NCBI GenBank assembly: GCA_963724295.1
Contig: CAVRUC010000013.1
Coordinates: forward strand, 32,001 to 96,000
Reading direction: 5' to 3'
From: an uncultured Chloroflexia bacterium
GTDB taxonomy: Bacteria; Chloroflexota; Chloroflexia; Thermomicrobiales; UBA6265
Length of the DNA: 64,000 nucleotides
Part shown: positions 20,866 through 30,394 of the stretch, piece by piece
Layout: each line of letters starts with the position of its first letter
Position numbering within the stretch: position 1 is the first letter of the stretch
The notes under the pieces: generated by a model
Databases searched by the model: none
Told to the model about the DNA's origin: nothing
What the model saw: only the letters and a program-made list of their open reading frames with translations
Made by a program: the position numbers and the translations under genes

Positions 20866-21963
20866 CTACGCCAGATCTTCGTCCGCGAAGCCGGTGCCGG
20901 CTGCCACCGGCACCTCCTCGGTAATCTCGGCGCTCTCACCGCCGTCAAACGCGAGCCGGCCGCTCAACTCAGGCGATCCCGCCTTGATCCGGGAGCGAAT
21001 CTCCTCCAGGATATCGGGGTTGTGCTTGAGAAACTCCTTGGTGTTCTCGCGACCCTGACCCAGGCGCTCCTCGTCGAGGTAGAACCACGCGCCACTCTTG
21101 CGCACGATTCCCAGATCGACCCCGACGTCGAGGACGCTGCCTTCGACCGAGATGCCCTGGTTGTACATGATGTCGAACTCGGCCTGCCGGAAGGGCGGCG
21201 CCACTTTGTTCTTGACGACCTTCACCCGCGCTCGAGACCCGATCGCGTCGGTGCCATTCTTGATCGTCTCGATGCGGCGGATGTCCATCCGCACCGAGGC
21301 GTAGAACTTCAGCGCGTTGCCGCCGGTGGTGGTTTCCGGGCTGCCAAACATCACGCCGATCTTCATCCGCAGCTGGTTGATGAAGATGACGCAGGTGTTG
21401 GAGCGGGCGATGGCCCCCGTTAGCTTCCGCAACGCCTGACTCATGAGGCGGGCCTGCAAGCCGACGTGGGAGTCACCCATGTCGCCCTCGATCTCGGCCT
21501 TGGGCACCAGGGCCGCGACCGAGTCGATCACGACGATGTCGAGCGCGCCGGAGCGGACGAGGGTCTCGGCAATCTCCAGCGCCTGCTCCCCGGTGTCCGG
21601 CTGCGAGATCAGCAGCTCCTCGAGGTTGACGCCCAGGCGTCCGGCGTAGACCGGGTCGAGGGCGTGCTCGGCGTCGATAATCGCCGCCAGCCCGCCCAGC
21701 TTCTGAGCCTCGGCGACGATGTGCAGCGCCAGCGTCGTTTTACCCGACGACTCCGGGCCGTAGATTTCGACGATCCGGCCACGCGGCACCCCACCGATCC
21801 CGAGCGCCAGATCGAGCGCGATGCTCCCCGTCGGGATGGCATCGATCTGCATCGGGTTGATCTCACCCGGCTTCATCTTCATGATCGAGCCCTTACCGAA
21901 CTGGCGCTCGATCTGAGCGATGGCTACGTCCACCGCGCGTTCCCGTTCTGTCATGGGTTTCAT
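20866..21963 (-). CDS. recA: Recombinase A (start 21963 or 21954)
   Basis: [78 protein letters not shown]. Confidence 0.99.
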   Translation of the reverse strand: MKPMTERERAVDVAIAQIERQFGKGSIMKMKPGEINPMQIDAIPTGSIALDLALGIGGVPRGRIVEIYGPESSGKTTLALHIVAEAQKLGGLAAIIDAEHALDPVYAGRLGVNLEELLISQPDTGEQALEIAETLVRSGALDIVVIDSVAALVPKAEIEGDMGDSHVGLQARLMSQALRKLTGAIARSNTCVIFINQLRMKIGVMFGSPETTTGGNALKFYASVRMDIRRIETIKNGTDAIGSRARVKVVKNKVAPPFRQAEFDIMYNQGISVEGSVLDVGVDLGIVRKSGAWFYLDEERLGQGRENTKEFLKHNPDILEEIRSRIKAGSPELSGRLAFDGGESAEITEEVPVAAGTGFADEDLA

Positions 21964-22030
21964 CCTCACTGAGCACCGGGAGCGCGAGCCCGGGCGTCTG
22001 CCAATCCCGAAATGGGAGCCGACCTCGGTA

Positions 22031-22046
22031 TAGAAAACTTGTTCTA
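22031..22046. promoter_or_regulatory. LexA (SOS) box, GAAC-N4-GTTC type with one mismatch
   Basis: TAGAAAACTTGTTCTA (minus strand TAGAACAAGTTTTCTA) just downstream of the recA -10 element. Confidence 0.8.
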
Positions 22047-22058
22047 TTTCCTGCGGGA

Positions 22059-22087
22059 ATAGTACCCCAGACCGGGCCCTGGGTCAA
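22059..22087 (-). promoter_or_regulatory. Sigma70-type promoter of recA
   Basis: Minus strand TTGACC (22087-82), 17 nt, TACTAT (22064-59). Confidence 0.75.
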
Positions 22088-22098
22088 TCCGTAGTTGG

Positions 22099-22250
22099 GG
22101 GTGTTAGGGTGATAAGGTGATGGGGTCATGGGGTCGGTTCTGGGGTACTTCAGTTGCTCGAGGCGAGGGTAGCATCGCCCGCACCACCGGCCATTGGAGA
22201 CCTGAAACCGTAACTCCCTAACACCCCATGACCCTGTGACCCTATGACCC
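22099..22250. repeat. Inverted pair of 8-mer tandem arrays (G-rich 22099-22138, C-rich 22211-22250)
   Basis: gggtgtta gggtgata aggtgatg gggtcatg gggtcggt ... taactccc taacaccc catgaccc tgtgaccc tatgaccc. Confidence 0.85.
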
Positions 22251-22264
22251 TTGGAGACGTAAAC

Positions 22265-23320
22265 GTGACACGTGTGACGATCCTCGGCGCGGGCGACATG
22301 GGGACCGCGCTGCTGACCCCACTCCATGCCGGCAACCATGAGCTACGCCTGTGGGGCACCGACCATGACACGGCTATCATCGAGACGCTCAATCGCGGTG
22401 ACCCGCACCCGCGGCTCGGCACCCACCCACCGCCGGGCGTCTCCACATTCCGCGATGCCGAAATCGGGGCTGCGCTCGACAAGACCGAGATCGTCGTCGT
22501 GGCCATCACCTCCAACGCGATCCGCCCGGTAATCGGTCGCATCGCGGATGTCCTCGGTCAGCCAGGGGCCGTCGTCGTTGTCGGCAAAGGGTTCGACTCC
22601 GGACCTAACGGCAATGAGATCCTGCTTCTGCCACACGTGCTGGGGGAGTTCACCCCGGCCCCGATCGTCGCTGTCGGCGGCCCGTCGATCGCCAAAGAGG
22701 TCGCCCTCGGCACACCAACGGCGGCGATTTTCGGCGGCAGCGATCCGGTTGCTCTGGCCTTCGCCCAGCAGGTGTTCGGCACGCCCGTCTACTCGATCGA
22801 GACCACCGATGACGTCGCCGGACTCGAGGTGGCGGCGGCAATGAAGAACGCCTATGGGGTCGCCATCGGCATCGCCGATGGCATCGAGAAGCGCACCGGA
22901 TTGCCCCACGCCAACATGCGCGCTGCTCTTTTTCCGCACGCGGTGAGGGAGATGAGCCTGCTCGCGGAATCGCTTGGCGGGCGGCGTGAGACAGTCGCCG
23001 GTCTCTCCGGAGCGGGTGACCTTCAGGTGACGGTCACCGCCGGCCGCAATCGCCTGCTGGGCGAGCGCATCGGCATGGGTTTGAGCGGCGCCGAGGCATT
23101 CCAGGAGCTCACCGCCGCCGGCACCACCACCGAGGGCTACCTGGCCGCTGCCTACGGCTTTCGCCTGGCCCAACAGGCGATTCCCCCGGGAGAGCCGGTG
23201 AGCAGTTCGTTTCCGCTTCTTGATGCGCTGTACCGCGTACTGTACGAAGGTGCGCCGGCCGCTGAGGCACTGTGGGAGGCCGTGCGCGGCGCCCACAACC
23301 CAAGATCCCTCCCGAAATGA
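22265..23320 (+). CDS. gpsA: NAD(P)H-dependent glycerol-3-phosphate dehydrogenase family protein
   Basis: ILGAGDMGTAL, KG, GGPSIA.EV, DV.G.E...A.KN, GL.G.GDL.VT...GRN, EG. Confidence 0.8.
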   Translation: MTRVTILGAGDMGTALLTPLHAGNHELRLWGTDHDTAIIETLNRGDPHPRLGTHPPPGVSTFRDAEIGAALDKTEIVVVAITSNAIRPVIGRIADVLGQPGAVVVVGKGFDSGPNGNEILLLPHVLGEFTPAPIVAVGGPSIAKEVALGTPTAAIFGGSDPVALAFAQQVFGTPVYSIETTDDVAGLEVAAAMKNAYGVAIGIADGIEKRTGLPHANMRAALFPHAVREMSLLAESLGGRRETVAGLSGAGDLQVTVTAGRNRLLGERIGMGLSGAEAFQELTAAGTTTEGYLAAAYGFRLAQQAIPPGEPVSSSFPLLDALYRVLYEGAPAAEALWEAVRGAHNPRSLPK

Positions 23321-24141
23321 GTGAGCCCGAGGAACACGGTGATCCCAGCTCGACGTGGCACGCGGTGTCCCGGCCCGGCGCAACCGTTCACTATCTCGAT
23401 TCCGGCGGGAGAGGACGGCCGGTAATCTTGCTGCATGGACTCGCCGGGCATGCGGGAGAATGGCTCGCCACGATGCGGCACCTGTTCCCACGCTTCCGCA
23501 CGGTGGCCGTCGACCAGCGCGGGCACGGTCGCAGCAGCCGTACGCCAGATGATCTATCGCGTGATGCCTTCGCCGACGACGTGGCCGCGGTTTTCGACGC
23601 TGCGCCATTTGAGCATCCAGTCGTGCTCATCGGGCAGTCGATGGGCGCGCACACCGCCTTTCTCACCGCCGCGCGCCATCCACATCTGGTGAGTCACCTG
23701 GTGATGATCGAGGGGGATATCGGCGGTAGCGATGGCGGGGAGCTTGCGGCGCTGCGCAATGCCCTATCCTCGTGGCCAATCCCCTTTCCGACTTACGACA
23801 GCGCGGTGCGGTTCTTCGGTGGTGACAACGAGCGTGGGCGTGCCTGGGCCGATGGCTTCCAGCAGCGGGCGGACGGCCTCTGGCCTCGGTGGGATCTCGA
23901 GGTCATGATCCGAACGATGGCGCCGGTCTTCGCGCGAGAATACTGGCAGGAATGGGAATCACTGCCGCAGCCAACACTGCTCGTCCTCGGCCAAACCGGG
24001 AGCATTGACCCTATGCGGGTTGACCGAATGCTGCGGGTGCACCCGGCGACGAGACGCGTAACGATCGAGCACGCCGGGCATGACCTCCATTTGGAACAGC
24101 CACGAGCCTGGTTTCACGCGCTGGATGAGTTCCTGCGGTAG
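23317..24141 (+). CDS. Alpha/beta hydrolase
   Basis: LLHGL, DQRGHGRS, GQSMG nucleophile, AGHDLHLEQP. Confidence 0.9.
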   Translation: MSEPEEHGDPSSTWHAVSRPGATVHYLDSGGRGRPVILLHGLAGHAGEWLATMRHLFPRFRTVAVDQRGHGRSSRTPDDLSRDAFADDVAAVFDAAPFEHPVVLIGQSMGAHTAFLTAARHPHLVSHLVMIEGDIGGSDGGELAALRNALSSWPIPFPTYDSAVRFFGGDNERGRAWADGFQQRADGLWPRWDLEVMIRTMAPVFAREYWQEWESLPQPTLLVLGQTGSIDPMRVDRMLRVHPATRRVTIEHAGHDLHLEQPRAWFHALDEFLR

Positions 24142-24165
24142 CTTGTCCAGTCGGGTTGCCCATTG

Positions 24166-25401
24166 TCAGGTAGTGATTCGGTCCTGGTCCGGCGGCAGGA
24201 CGCCTTGCTGCCACTCCGGAATTCCCGACCACGGCTGAAGCGGCGACTCCGGAAGCTGCGGCAACACCTCGCCGTCGATCATGGTCAGCGTATTGATCAG
24301 CCGCTTGTGGCCCCGGCGGGGCCTCATGTGGACGTCGCGGAAGACGTATTCGCCATCTTCCAGCTGGAAGATCGCCACGTCGGCGACGCTCCCTGGTTTC
24401 AGGGTACCCAGGTCCGGCCGGCGCATCGCCGCCGCTGGACGCGAGGTCGCCCGCTCGATCACGTCCGGCAGGCTGAGGCCGAGGTTGAGGAACTTCGACA
24501 GGGTCGTGGGAAGGTCGAACATCGGTCCCTGGATGGCCATCTGGTGGATGTCGGAGGAGATCACGTCCGGCATCACTCCAGCCTCGAGCATTGCCTCCGC
24601 TGTCTGGTAGGAGAACGACCCGGTTCCATGTCCGATATCGAGGATAAGCCCCCGCTCATGGAGATCGAGGACCGCCGGGTTGGGCACCCCCGCGTCATCG
24701 ACGATGCGCATGTCCCCCCCGGTAAAGCAGTGCGTCAGGATATCCCCTGGCCGCAGCAGGGCCGCGACCTCGTCGATCGAGGGCGGTCCGTAGCCGATGT
24801 GGGTCATCAGTGGCAGACCGACCCGATCGGCCAGCTCCCGTCCCAGCTCCAGCGCGCGGATACCGACGCCACGGGTGGTGTTCTTGTCGATACGCGCCTT
24901 GATACCCAGAATCAGATCCCGGTTGGCTTCGACGATGGTCTCCGCCAGATCGAGGTCGCAATAGTGGAGATTGGCGAACTCCCAGGTCGGCGCGATCAGC
25001 CCGATCGAGGAGAGATTCAACAGCGCGAAGATGCGCGTCCGGCTCGGCTCGGCGATGAAGCGGCGAAATCCGGGCCAGGAATAGGACCCTGATGAGCCGA
25101 CGTCGAGCCAGGTCGTCACCCCGGTGCGCGCCGCAACCGGATCGGCCTCGATGCCCCAGTAGGTCGCGCCCCAGTAGACGTGGGTGTGCAGGTCGACGAG
25201 TCCGGGAGTCACGATCGCGCCTGAGGCGTCGATCACCTGGCGCGCGGCGGTCCGGTCGAGGGTAGGCGCGACATCAACGACGCGACCGTCCCGGATCGCG
25301 ACGTCGAGCGACCCCTGCAGCCCGGCCCCTGGATCGACGACCTCACCACCGACGATGAGAGTGTCGTAACCCGTTGTTCCCCCAGTTTCAACCTGCGCCA
25401 C
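24166..25401 (-). CDS. Amidohydrolase/deacetylase-family metallohydrolase (dihydroorotase-like)
   Basis: PGLVDLHTH, GVTT..D.GS, GIKAR, M.HIG, GDILTHCF, D.GHG..SF, ISSD.H; GTG 25401 with GGAGG RBS. Confidence 0.88.
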   Translation of the reverse strand: MAQVETGGTTGYDTLIVGGEVVDPGAGLQGSLDVAIRDGRVVDVAPTLDRTAARQVIDASGAIVTPGLVDLHTHVYWGATYWGIEADPVAARTGVTTWLDVGSSGSYSWPGFRRFIAEPSRTRIFALLNLSSIGLIAPTWEFANLHYCDLDLAETIVEANRDLILGIKARIDKNTTRGVGIRALELGRELADRVGLPLMTHIGYGPPSIDEVAALLRPGDILTHCFTGGDMRIVDDAGVPNPAVLDLHERGLILDIGHGTGSFSYQTAEAMLEAGVMPDVISSDIHQMAIQGPMFDLPTTLSKFLNLGLSLPDVIERATSRPAAAMRRPDLGTLKPGSVADVAIFQLEDGEYVFRDVHMRPRRGHKRLINTLTMIDGEVLPQLPESPLQPWSGIPEWQQGVLPPDQDRITT

Positions 25402-25591
25402 GCCCGCACTCCTCCCACACGCCGATTCCTGCTCGATCCCCAAATCGTATCAGTGCCCGCACGTCATGCGCTGAGCGGGAACCCGCGAGGTGCGATATGC
25501 TGCAACTCCGTTTCAACCGCACCCATTCATCTCCCGGAAACCGGTCCGGGCGGGTCCGGCGCGGTTGATCCCAGTGAAGGAGATGTGGAGC

Positions 25592-26510
25592 GTGGACCGA
25601 TCACAGCGCACGTTCACAAACCGGCGGCATTTGCTCCGAGGAGGCGCGGCGCTCTCCGGGGCGGCGGTTGTTGCGACGGGGCTTTCACCGCACACGGTCT
25701 TGGCGCAGGAGGCGGGGCCGAGCCGGCTGCAGCAGGTGCTCGACCGCGGCAAGCTCATCGTTGGCACCGGCGCGACCAATCCGCCGTGGCACTATGAAGA
25801 CGCCGACGGCCAGCTCATCGGTATGGATATCGACATGGCCAAGCTCTTCGCCCGTGGTCTCTTCCAGTTGACCGACGAACAACTAGCAAACCGCGAAGAG
25901 TGGTCGCAGCGGCTGGAGTTCGTTGTCGAGGCGCCAGACGCCCGCATCCCGAACCTCCTCTCCGACAAGATCGACATTGTCTGCCAGTTCATGACCGTCA
26001 ACCCGCTGCGGGCGCAGGAGGTGGAGTTCACCATCCCCTACTACCGCGAGGCGGTGACGCTGCTCTTCCCCGCCGACTCGCCATACACGGGAACGGCGGA
26101 CATCACGGGCCAGGGCGCTAGTATTTCTGCCCTAGAGAACCCGGATACGGTCGTCATGGTCCAGACCGGGGTGCCGGACGCCGAAGTGACGTCTTTCGAC
26201 ACGCCAGCCAATGCGGTCCTGGCGCTCGATTCCGGACGCGCTGAAGCGGCGGCCAGTCGACCTTTCCACGGCACAGTATCTGACTGTTCAGTCACCAGAA
26301 AAGTACAAAGTCGCCATCGACTCCTGGTGGCCTCAGACCTACGCGTTCGCGGTCAAGCCGGGCGATCAGCGCTGGCTGAACTGGGTCAACACGGCACTGC
26401 ACGAGCTTCTCGTCGGCGTGAATTACGCCTATTACCAGGCCGCGTTCCTCGAGCACTTCGGCGTCGAACTCGAGCCGCCGGCGGCCGGTTTCCCCGTCGA
26501 GTACAAGTAA
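25592..26510 (+). CDS. Polar amino-acid ABC transporter substrate-binding protein (family 3), Tat signal; frameshift near 26253
   Basis: RRHLL Tat motif, G.L.VG....PP, G.DID.A, RIP.L...KID, R...V.FT.PY; C-terminal part in ORF 26211-26510. Confidence 0.88.
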
Positions 26511-26519
26511 GTTCTCAAT

Positions 26520-26549
26520 GGCGACCGGGGAATCTCAGCCCCGGTCGCC
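26520..26549 (+). terminator. Intercistronic 11-bp hairpin after the binding-protein gene (mRNA stabiliser or partial terminator)
   Basis: GGCGACCGGGG-8 nt-CCCCGGTCGCC. Confidence 0.6.
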
Positions 26550-26602
26550 TGCACGTGCAGCGCATCTCGCTGTCCAAGCGCGGGCGCGCTCCGGATGCAA
26601 GT

Positions 26603-27296
26603 GTGTTCGGTCTCAATTGGGATACGCTCTGGCGGCATCGCGAAGAGTTCCTGAGAGGGCTTGCTCTCGGCTTGAAGCTGGCCCTGATCGGGCTCGCTCT
26701 TGCCTGCGTCATTGGGCTGCTGGTCGCTTTCGCCCGTACCTCCCGCCACCGCTGGCTACGACATTCCCGCCGCAGCCTACATCGAGTTCATTCGCAACAT
26801 TCCACTGCTTTTGATCTTCTTCTTTCTCTATTTCGGTGTTCCCATGTGGGCGTTTTCAGCGCTGCCCCGTGGTCTTGCCGATGTCTTGGTACTGGATGGC
26901 GAAAACACGGCTATCGTCGCGCTCGCCATCTACGGCGCGGCGTATCTGGCCGAGGTGTTCCGCGCCGGCATCCTGGGCGTCGGCCGCGCCTTTATCGAGG
27001 CCGGTCGTTCCCTTGGACTCAGCGGGCTCCAGATTGCTCGCTACGTCACCTTGCCGATCATGGTCCGCACGGTGCTTCCCTCGCTCGGCAACACATTCAT
27101 CTCGCTCTTCAAGGACACGTCCTTGGCCATGGCCATCGCCGTGCCGGAATTGACGTTCGTCACCCGCAAATTCGTGACGGACACGTTCCAGTTCATCCAG
27201 GCGTGGACCGTGGCAGGCGCCCTCTACCTTGTCACTACCTACGCGCTTGCCGCTTTGCTTCGATTTCTCGAGCGGCGGATTCGGTGGACCGTATGA
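26603..27296 (+). CDS. Amino-acid ABC transporter permease (HisM/GlnP family); frameshift near 26762
   Basis: GL...L.L...LA..IG, then YIEFIRNIPLL, AY.AE.FRAG, EA..SLG, FKDTSL. Confidence 0.88.
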
Positions 27297-27309
27297 GGGA
27301 GCCGGGACA

Positions 27310-27954
27310 ATGACGGCGGTGATCGAGGAGTTCCCCCTTCTCCTGCAGGGCGTGATCATCACATTGCAAATCTCCGTCCTCGTCATCGTTGCCGGATCGA
27401 TCGTCGGCATGTTCGTTGGTCTCGGGCTGCTCTACGGTCCGTTCTGGCTCCGATCGCTGCTACGCGGCTATGTCGACGTCGTGCGGGGGCTTCCGCTACT
27501 CATTACGATCTTCATCATTTTCTATGTACCGCCGGCGCTCGATATCGAGGTCAGCGGGTTCGCGGCGGTAACGATGGCTCTCAGCATCTTCGCCGGTGCG
27601 CACATCTCCGAGATCGTCCGCGGCGCAGTCTCGTCGGTGTCGCGGGGCCAGAATGACGCCGCGAAAGCACTCGGCCTCACCTTCTGGCCCCGCATCTGGA
27701 ATGTCATCCTGCCCCAGGCTTTGCCCGCGATCATCCCGCCATGGACGAACACGGCTATCGAGATGGTCAAGGGGAGCTCCCTCGCCTATCTGGTCAGCGT
27801 CAGCGAGCTGCTGTTTCAAACCTACAAGGTCGTGGGACGTACCGGCGCGGCAATGCAGCTGTATATCGCCGCTGCGCTCCTCTACTTTGCGATCAACTTC
27901 GCATTGTCGCGCGGTGGTCTGTGGCTCGAGCGCAGGATTCGCTACACCACATGA
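27310..27954 (+). CDS. Amino-acid ABC transporter permease (HisM/GlnP family)
   Basis: YVD..RGLPLL, SEIVRGA, GQ.DAA.ALG, ILPQA, K.SSL. Confidence 0.92.
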   Translation: MTAVIEEFPLLLQGVIITLQISVLVIVAGSIVGMFVGLGLLYGPFWLRSLLRGYVDVVRGLPLLITIFIIFYVPPALDIEVSGFAAVTMALSIFAGAHISEIVRGAVSSVSRGQNDAAKALGLTFWPRIWNVILPQALPAIIPPWTNTAIEMVKGSSLAYLVSVSELLFQTYKVVGRTGAAMQLYIAAALLYFAINFALSRGGLWLERRIRYTT

Positions 27955-27978
27955 CATGTCTGTCGAGGGTCTTCCATC

Positions 27979-28806
27979 ATGACTGACGAACGTACTCAAC
28001 CAGAACAAGCTGCGTCGGCAGCGGTCTTGCGTAATGGGCATCCCATGGTCCGCATCGCGGATGTCCACAAGCGGTACGGCGACCTCGAGGTGCTCAAGGG
28101 AATCAATCTCGACGTGCAGTCGGGCGAAGTGGTCTGCATCATCGGCGCCAGCGGGTCGGGCAAGACCACGCTCCTGCGCTGCATCAACTTCCTGGAGACG
28201 TACGAGAGCGGCCGGATCTATGTCGACGACGAACTGGTCGGCTATCGGGAGCGCGACGGCCGCCTCATCCCGGCGCGCGAGAAGGACATTGCCCGCGTCC
28301 GGGCTGAGACGGCGATGGTCTTCCAGCAATTCAATCTCTTCCCGCACATGACGGCGCTGGCCAATGTCGCCTTCGGACCGATCAAAGTGCGCGGCGTTGG
28401 CAAAGACGAGGCCAATCGCAAGGCGCGGGAATTGCTGGCTCGCGTCGGGCTCAGCGACAAGGCCGACGTCTACCCGGCCCAGCTCTCCGGCGGGCAGCAG
28501 CAGCGGGTGGCGATCGCGCGTGCGCTGGCCATGGAACCGAAGGTGATGCTCTTTGACGAGGTCACTTCCGCGCTCGACCCGGAGCTCGTCGGTGAAGTGC
28601 TCGCGGTCATGGAGGACCTCGCCGCCAGCCACGGGGTCACGATGATCGTCGTCACCCACGAGATGATGTTCGCGCGCGAGGCGGCGGACCGCGTCGTCTT
28701 TATGGATGGCGGGGTCATCGTCGAAGAAGGCGCTCCCGAGGACGTCATCGGCAACCCGCGCAGCAATCGCTTGCGCGCCTTCCTGCGCCGATTCCACACG
28801 GCCTAG
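27979..28806 (+). CDS. Amino-acid ABC transporter ATP-binding protein (GlnQ family)
   Basis: [49 protein letters not shown]. Confidence 0.96.
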   Translation: MTDERTQPEQAASAAVLRNGHPMVRIADVHKRYGDLEVLKGINLDVQSGEVVCIIGASGSGKTTLLRCINFLETYESGRIYVDDELVGYRERDGRLIPAREKDIARVRAETAMVFQQFNLFPHMTALANVAFGPIKVRGVGKDEANRKARELLARVGLSDKADVYPAQLSGGQQQRVAIARALAMEPKVMLFDEVTSALDPELVGEVLAVMEDLAASHGVTMIVVTHEMMFAREAADRVVFMDGGVIVEEGAPEDVIGNPRSNRLRAFLRRFHTA

Positions 28807-28812
28807 GCAAGA

Positions 28813-28840
28813 CGAGTCGGTAAGTCGGTCTAAGTCGGCA
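28813..28840. repeat. Three AGTCGG units just after the ATPase stop codon
   Basis: gagtcggt aagtcggtct aagtcggc; reverse complement of the CCGACT unit at 3373-3412. Confidence 0.6.
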
Positions 28841-29094
28841 AGAAGTGAGTGTGGCCAATGCCGTGCCCGCGGTCCGCGAGCTCGGTCTGGACGTCACCGA
28901 GGATGCTCCGCTCTCGCCGCCTGTCGAGTTCCTCTGGGAGGGGAAGAGAGCTATATGATCCGCCTGCCACAACCCCATCACAGAGCGGTCTTGCAGGTCG
29001 CGCGCGGTCTCGTCGCCGGTGTCGTTACCGGCGAGGTTCTGGTCCCTGCAGCAGCGGATGATTCGCCGTAGCGAGCGCAGGCAATAGGTTCGAC

Positions 29095-29865
29095 TCACCA
29101 CGAGAGCGTCAAGCCGGGAGCCGCCATCTCGATTTGCCGCGTGAAGACGGCTGCGGCCTGAGCGCGATAGGCCGCGAATCCAAGCTCTTCCCACATGTGA
29201 GTCAGGACCAGGATCTCCGCTCCCGCGGCCACAGCAAGCTGACCGGCCTCGGCGGCGGTCAGTGATCCCCGTTCATCCGGAGATCTGACTCCTCCCTCGA
29301 GAAGCGTCGCCTCCGCGACGAGCACGTGAACCCCGGCGAAGAACTCAGCCAGCGCCGTTGCCGGTCCCGTATCCCCGGTGTAGCCCAGCCCGGGGCCTGT
29401 GGAAGATTGGACGCGGATCGCCCAGGCCGGGATGTAGTGCGTCGCCGGTGCAAACGTGACGGTGACATCACCGACGATCAGTGGTCGCGCCGGATCAAAC
29501 TCGGCGACCTTGACCGTTGCCGCGAATCGCCCCGGCTCGTCGCAGGCGTCGAACGGGGCGGTCGCCTGGGCCAGAAGCTCGGATCCACCCGGCGGCAGCC
29601 AGATCGGCACGGGAGCCGGAGCTGGCAGCGGGTTGTATGCCAGCGCATGCCGCAGCGCCAGCAGATCGAGGACGTGGTCGACGTGCATGTGCGACACGAT
29701 CACCGCGTCCAGCGTCCGGAAGTCGGTGTGCCGCCGCAGCTCCTGCAGCGTTCCCGGCCCCAGATCGAGGACCAGCCGCGTGCGGTCTGTCTGCACCAGC
29801 AGCCCGGCGCAGCCCATGCCCGCGTTGGGACTGGCGGCACTTCCGCCGAGGACTGTCAGGCGCAT
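29095..29865 (-). CDS. Metallo-beta-lactamase-fold hydrolase (RNase Z/BN-like phosphodiesterase)
   Basis: LTVLG, DLG.G, SHMHVDH, YTGDTG, EAT, LTH. Confidence 0.9.
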   Translation of the reverse strand: MRLTVLGGSAASPNAGMGCAGLLVQTDRTRLVLDLGPGTLQELRRHTDFRTLDAVIVSHMHVDHVLDLLALRHALAYNPLPAPAPVPIWLPPGGSELLAQATAPFDACDEPGRFAATVKVAEFDPARPLIVGDVTVTFAPATHYIPAWAIRVQSSTGPGLGYTGDTGPATALAEFFAGVHVLVAEATLLEGGVRSPDERGSLTAAEAGQLAVAAGAEILVLTHMWEELGFAAYRAQAAAVFTRQIEMAAPGLTLSW

Positions 29866-29936
29866 CGCGAGCCCCAGTGTTCAGATGGCAACGATGGAGC
29901 ACGGTCCATGGTGGAAACTCAACAGACGTAGCGTGC

Positions 29937-30257
29937 CTACGCGCGCTGCTCCGCCTGCTCGCCCTCTTCCCCGTGCTCGACGATGCTGCCCTCCCGGAAG
30001 AGGATCGCCTCCAGGGCAGCCCGCCACTTGGGCGTCCGCCGCAGCAGGAACTCCAGGTCCATGCCGAAGTGCTTGAACTCTTCTGCCTGGGCGTCGGCCA
30101 TAATGGCGCGCGCCTCGGCGTCCGGCTCCACCGCCAGACGCTGCTCGTACCAGCCGATCGCTTCCGCCTCCTCGGTCAGCGAGGCGATCATGCGCGCAAA
30201 GGTGCGTGTCTCGGCGGGTAGCTCATTCGGCGGCTCATGGTATTGATTGAAACCCAT
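29937..30257 (-). CDS. Ferritin-like protein of the encapsulated-ferritin (EncFtn/Flp) family
   Basis: YHEP...L, R...SL.EE.EAI.WY.QR, EE.KH..M.LE.L.R signature. Confidence 0.85.
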   Translation of the reverse strand: MGFNQYHEPPNELPAETRTFARMIASLTEEAEAIGWYEQRLAVEPDAEARAIMADAQAEEFKHFGMDLEFLLRRTPKWRAALEAILFREGSIVEHGEEGEQAEQRA

Positions 30258-30394
30258 GCTCTTCCTCCCCACAGTCGGAACAACGCTTCATCCCGCGATG
30301 ACACCCGAGGAGATGTTGTACCAGACTACCCGGACAGTGCGGACACTCCGCTCGCGTCAATCGATACCCTGAAGGGAGGGAGACGGTGGCAACG

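Noticed and set aside
25490..27313. 607-aa ORF resembling an SBP-permease fusion
   Set aside because: It is produced by two frameshifts. The true SBP C-terminus (stop 26510) and permease C-terminus (stop 27296) lie in other frames.
29095..29865. Apyc1-like regulator linked to the orphan Pycsar effector
   Set aside because: It lies 14 kb away and looks like a generic RNase Z-like MBL protein; nothing in the sequence links the two.
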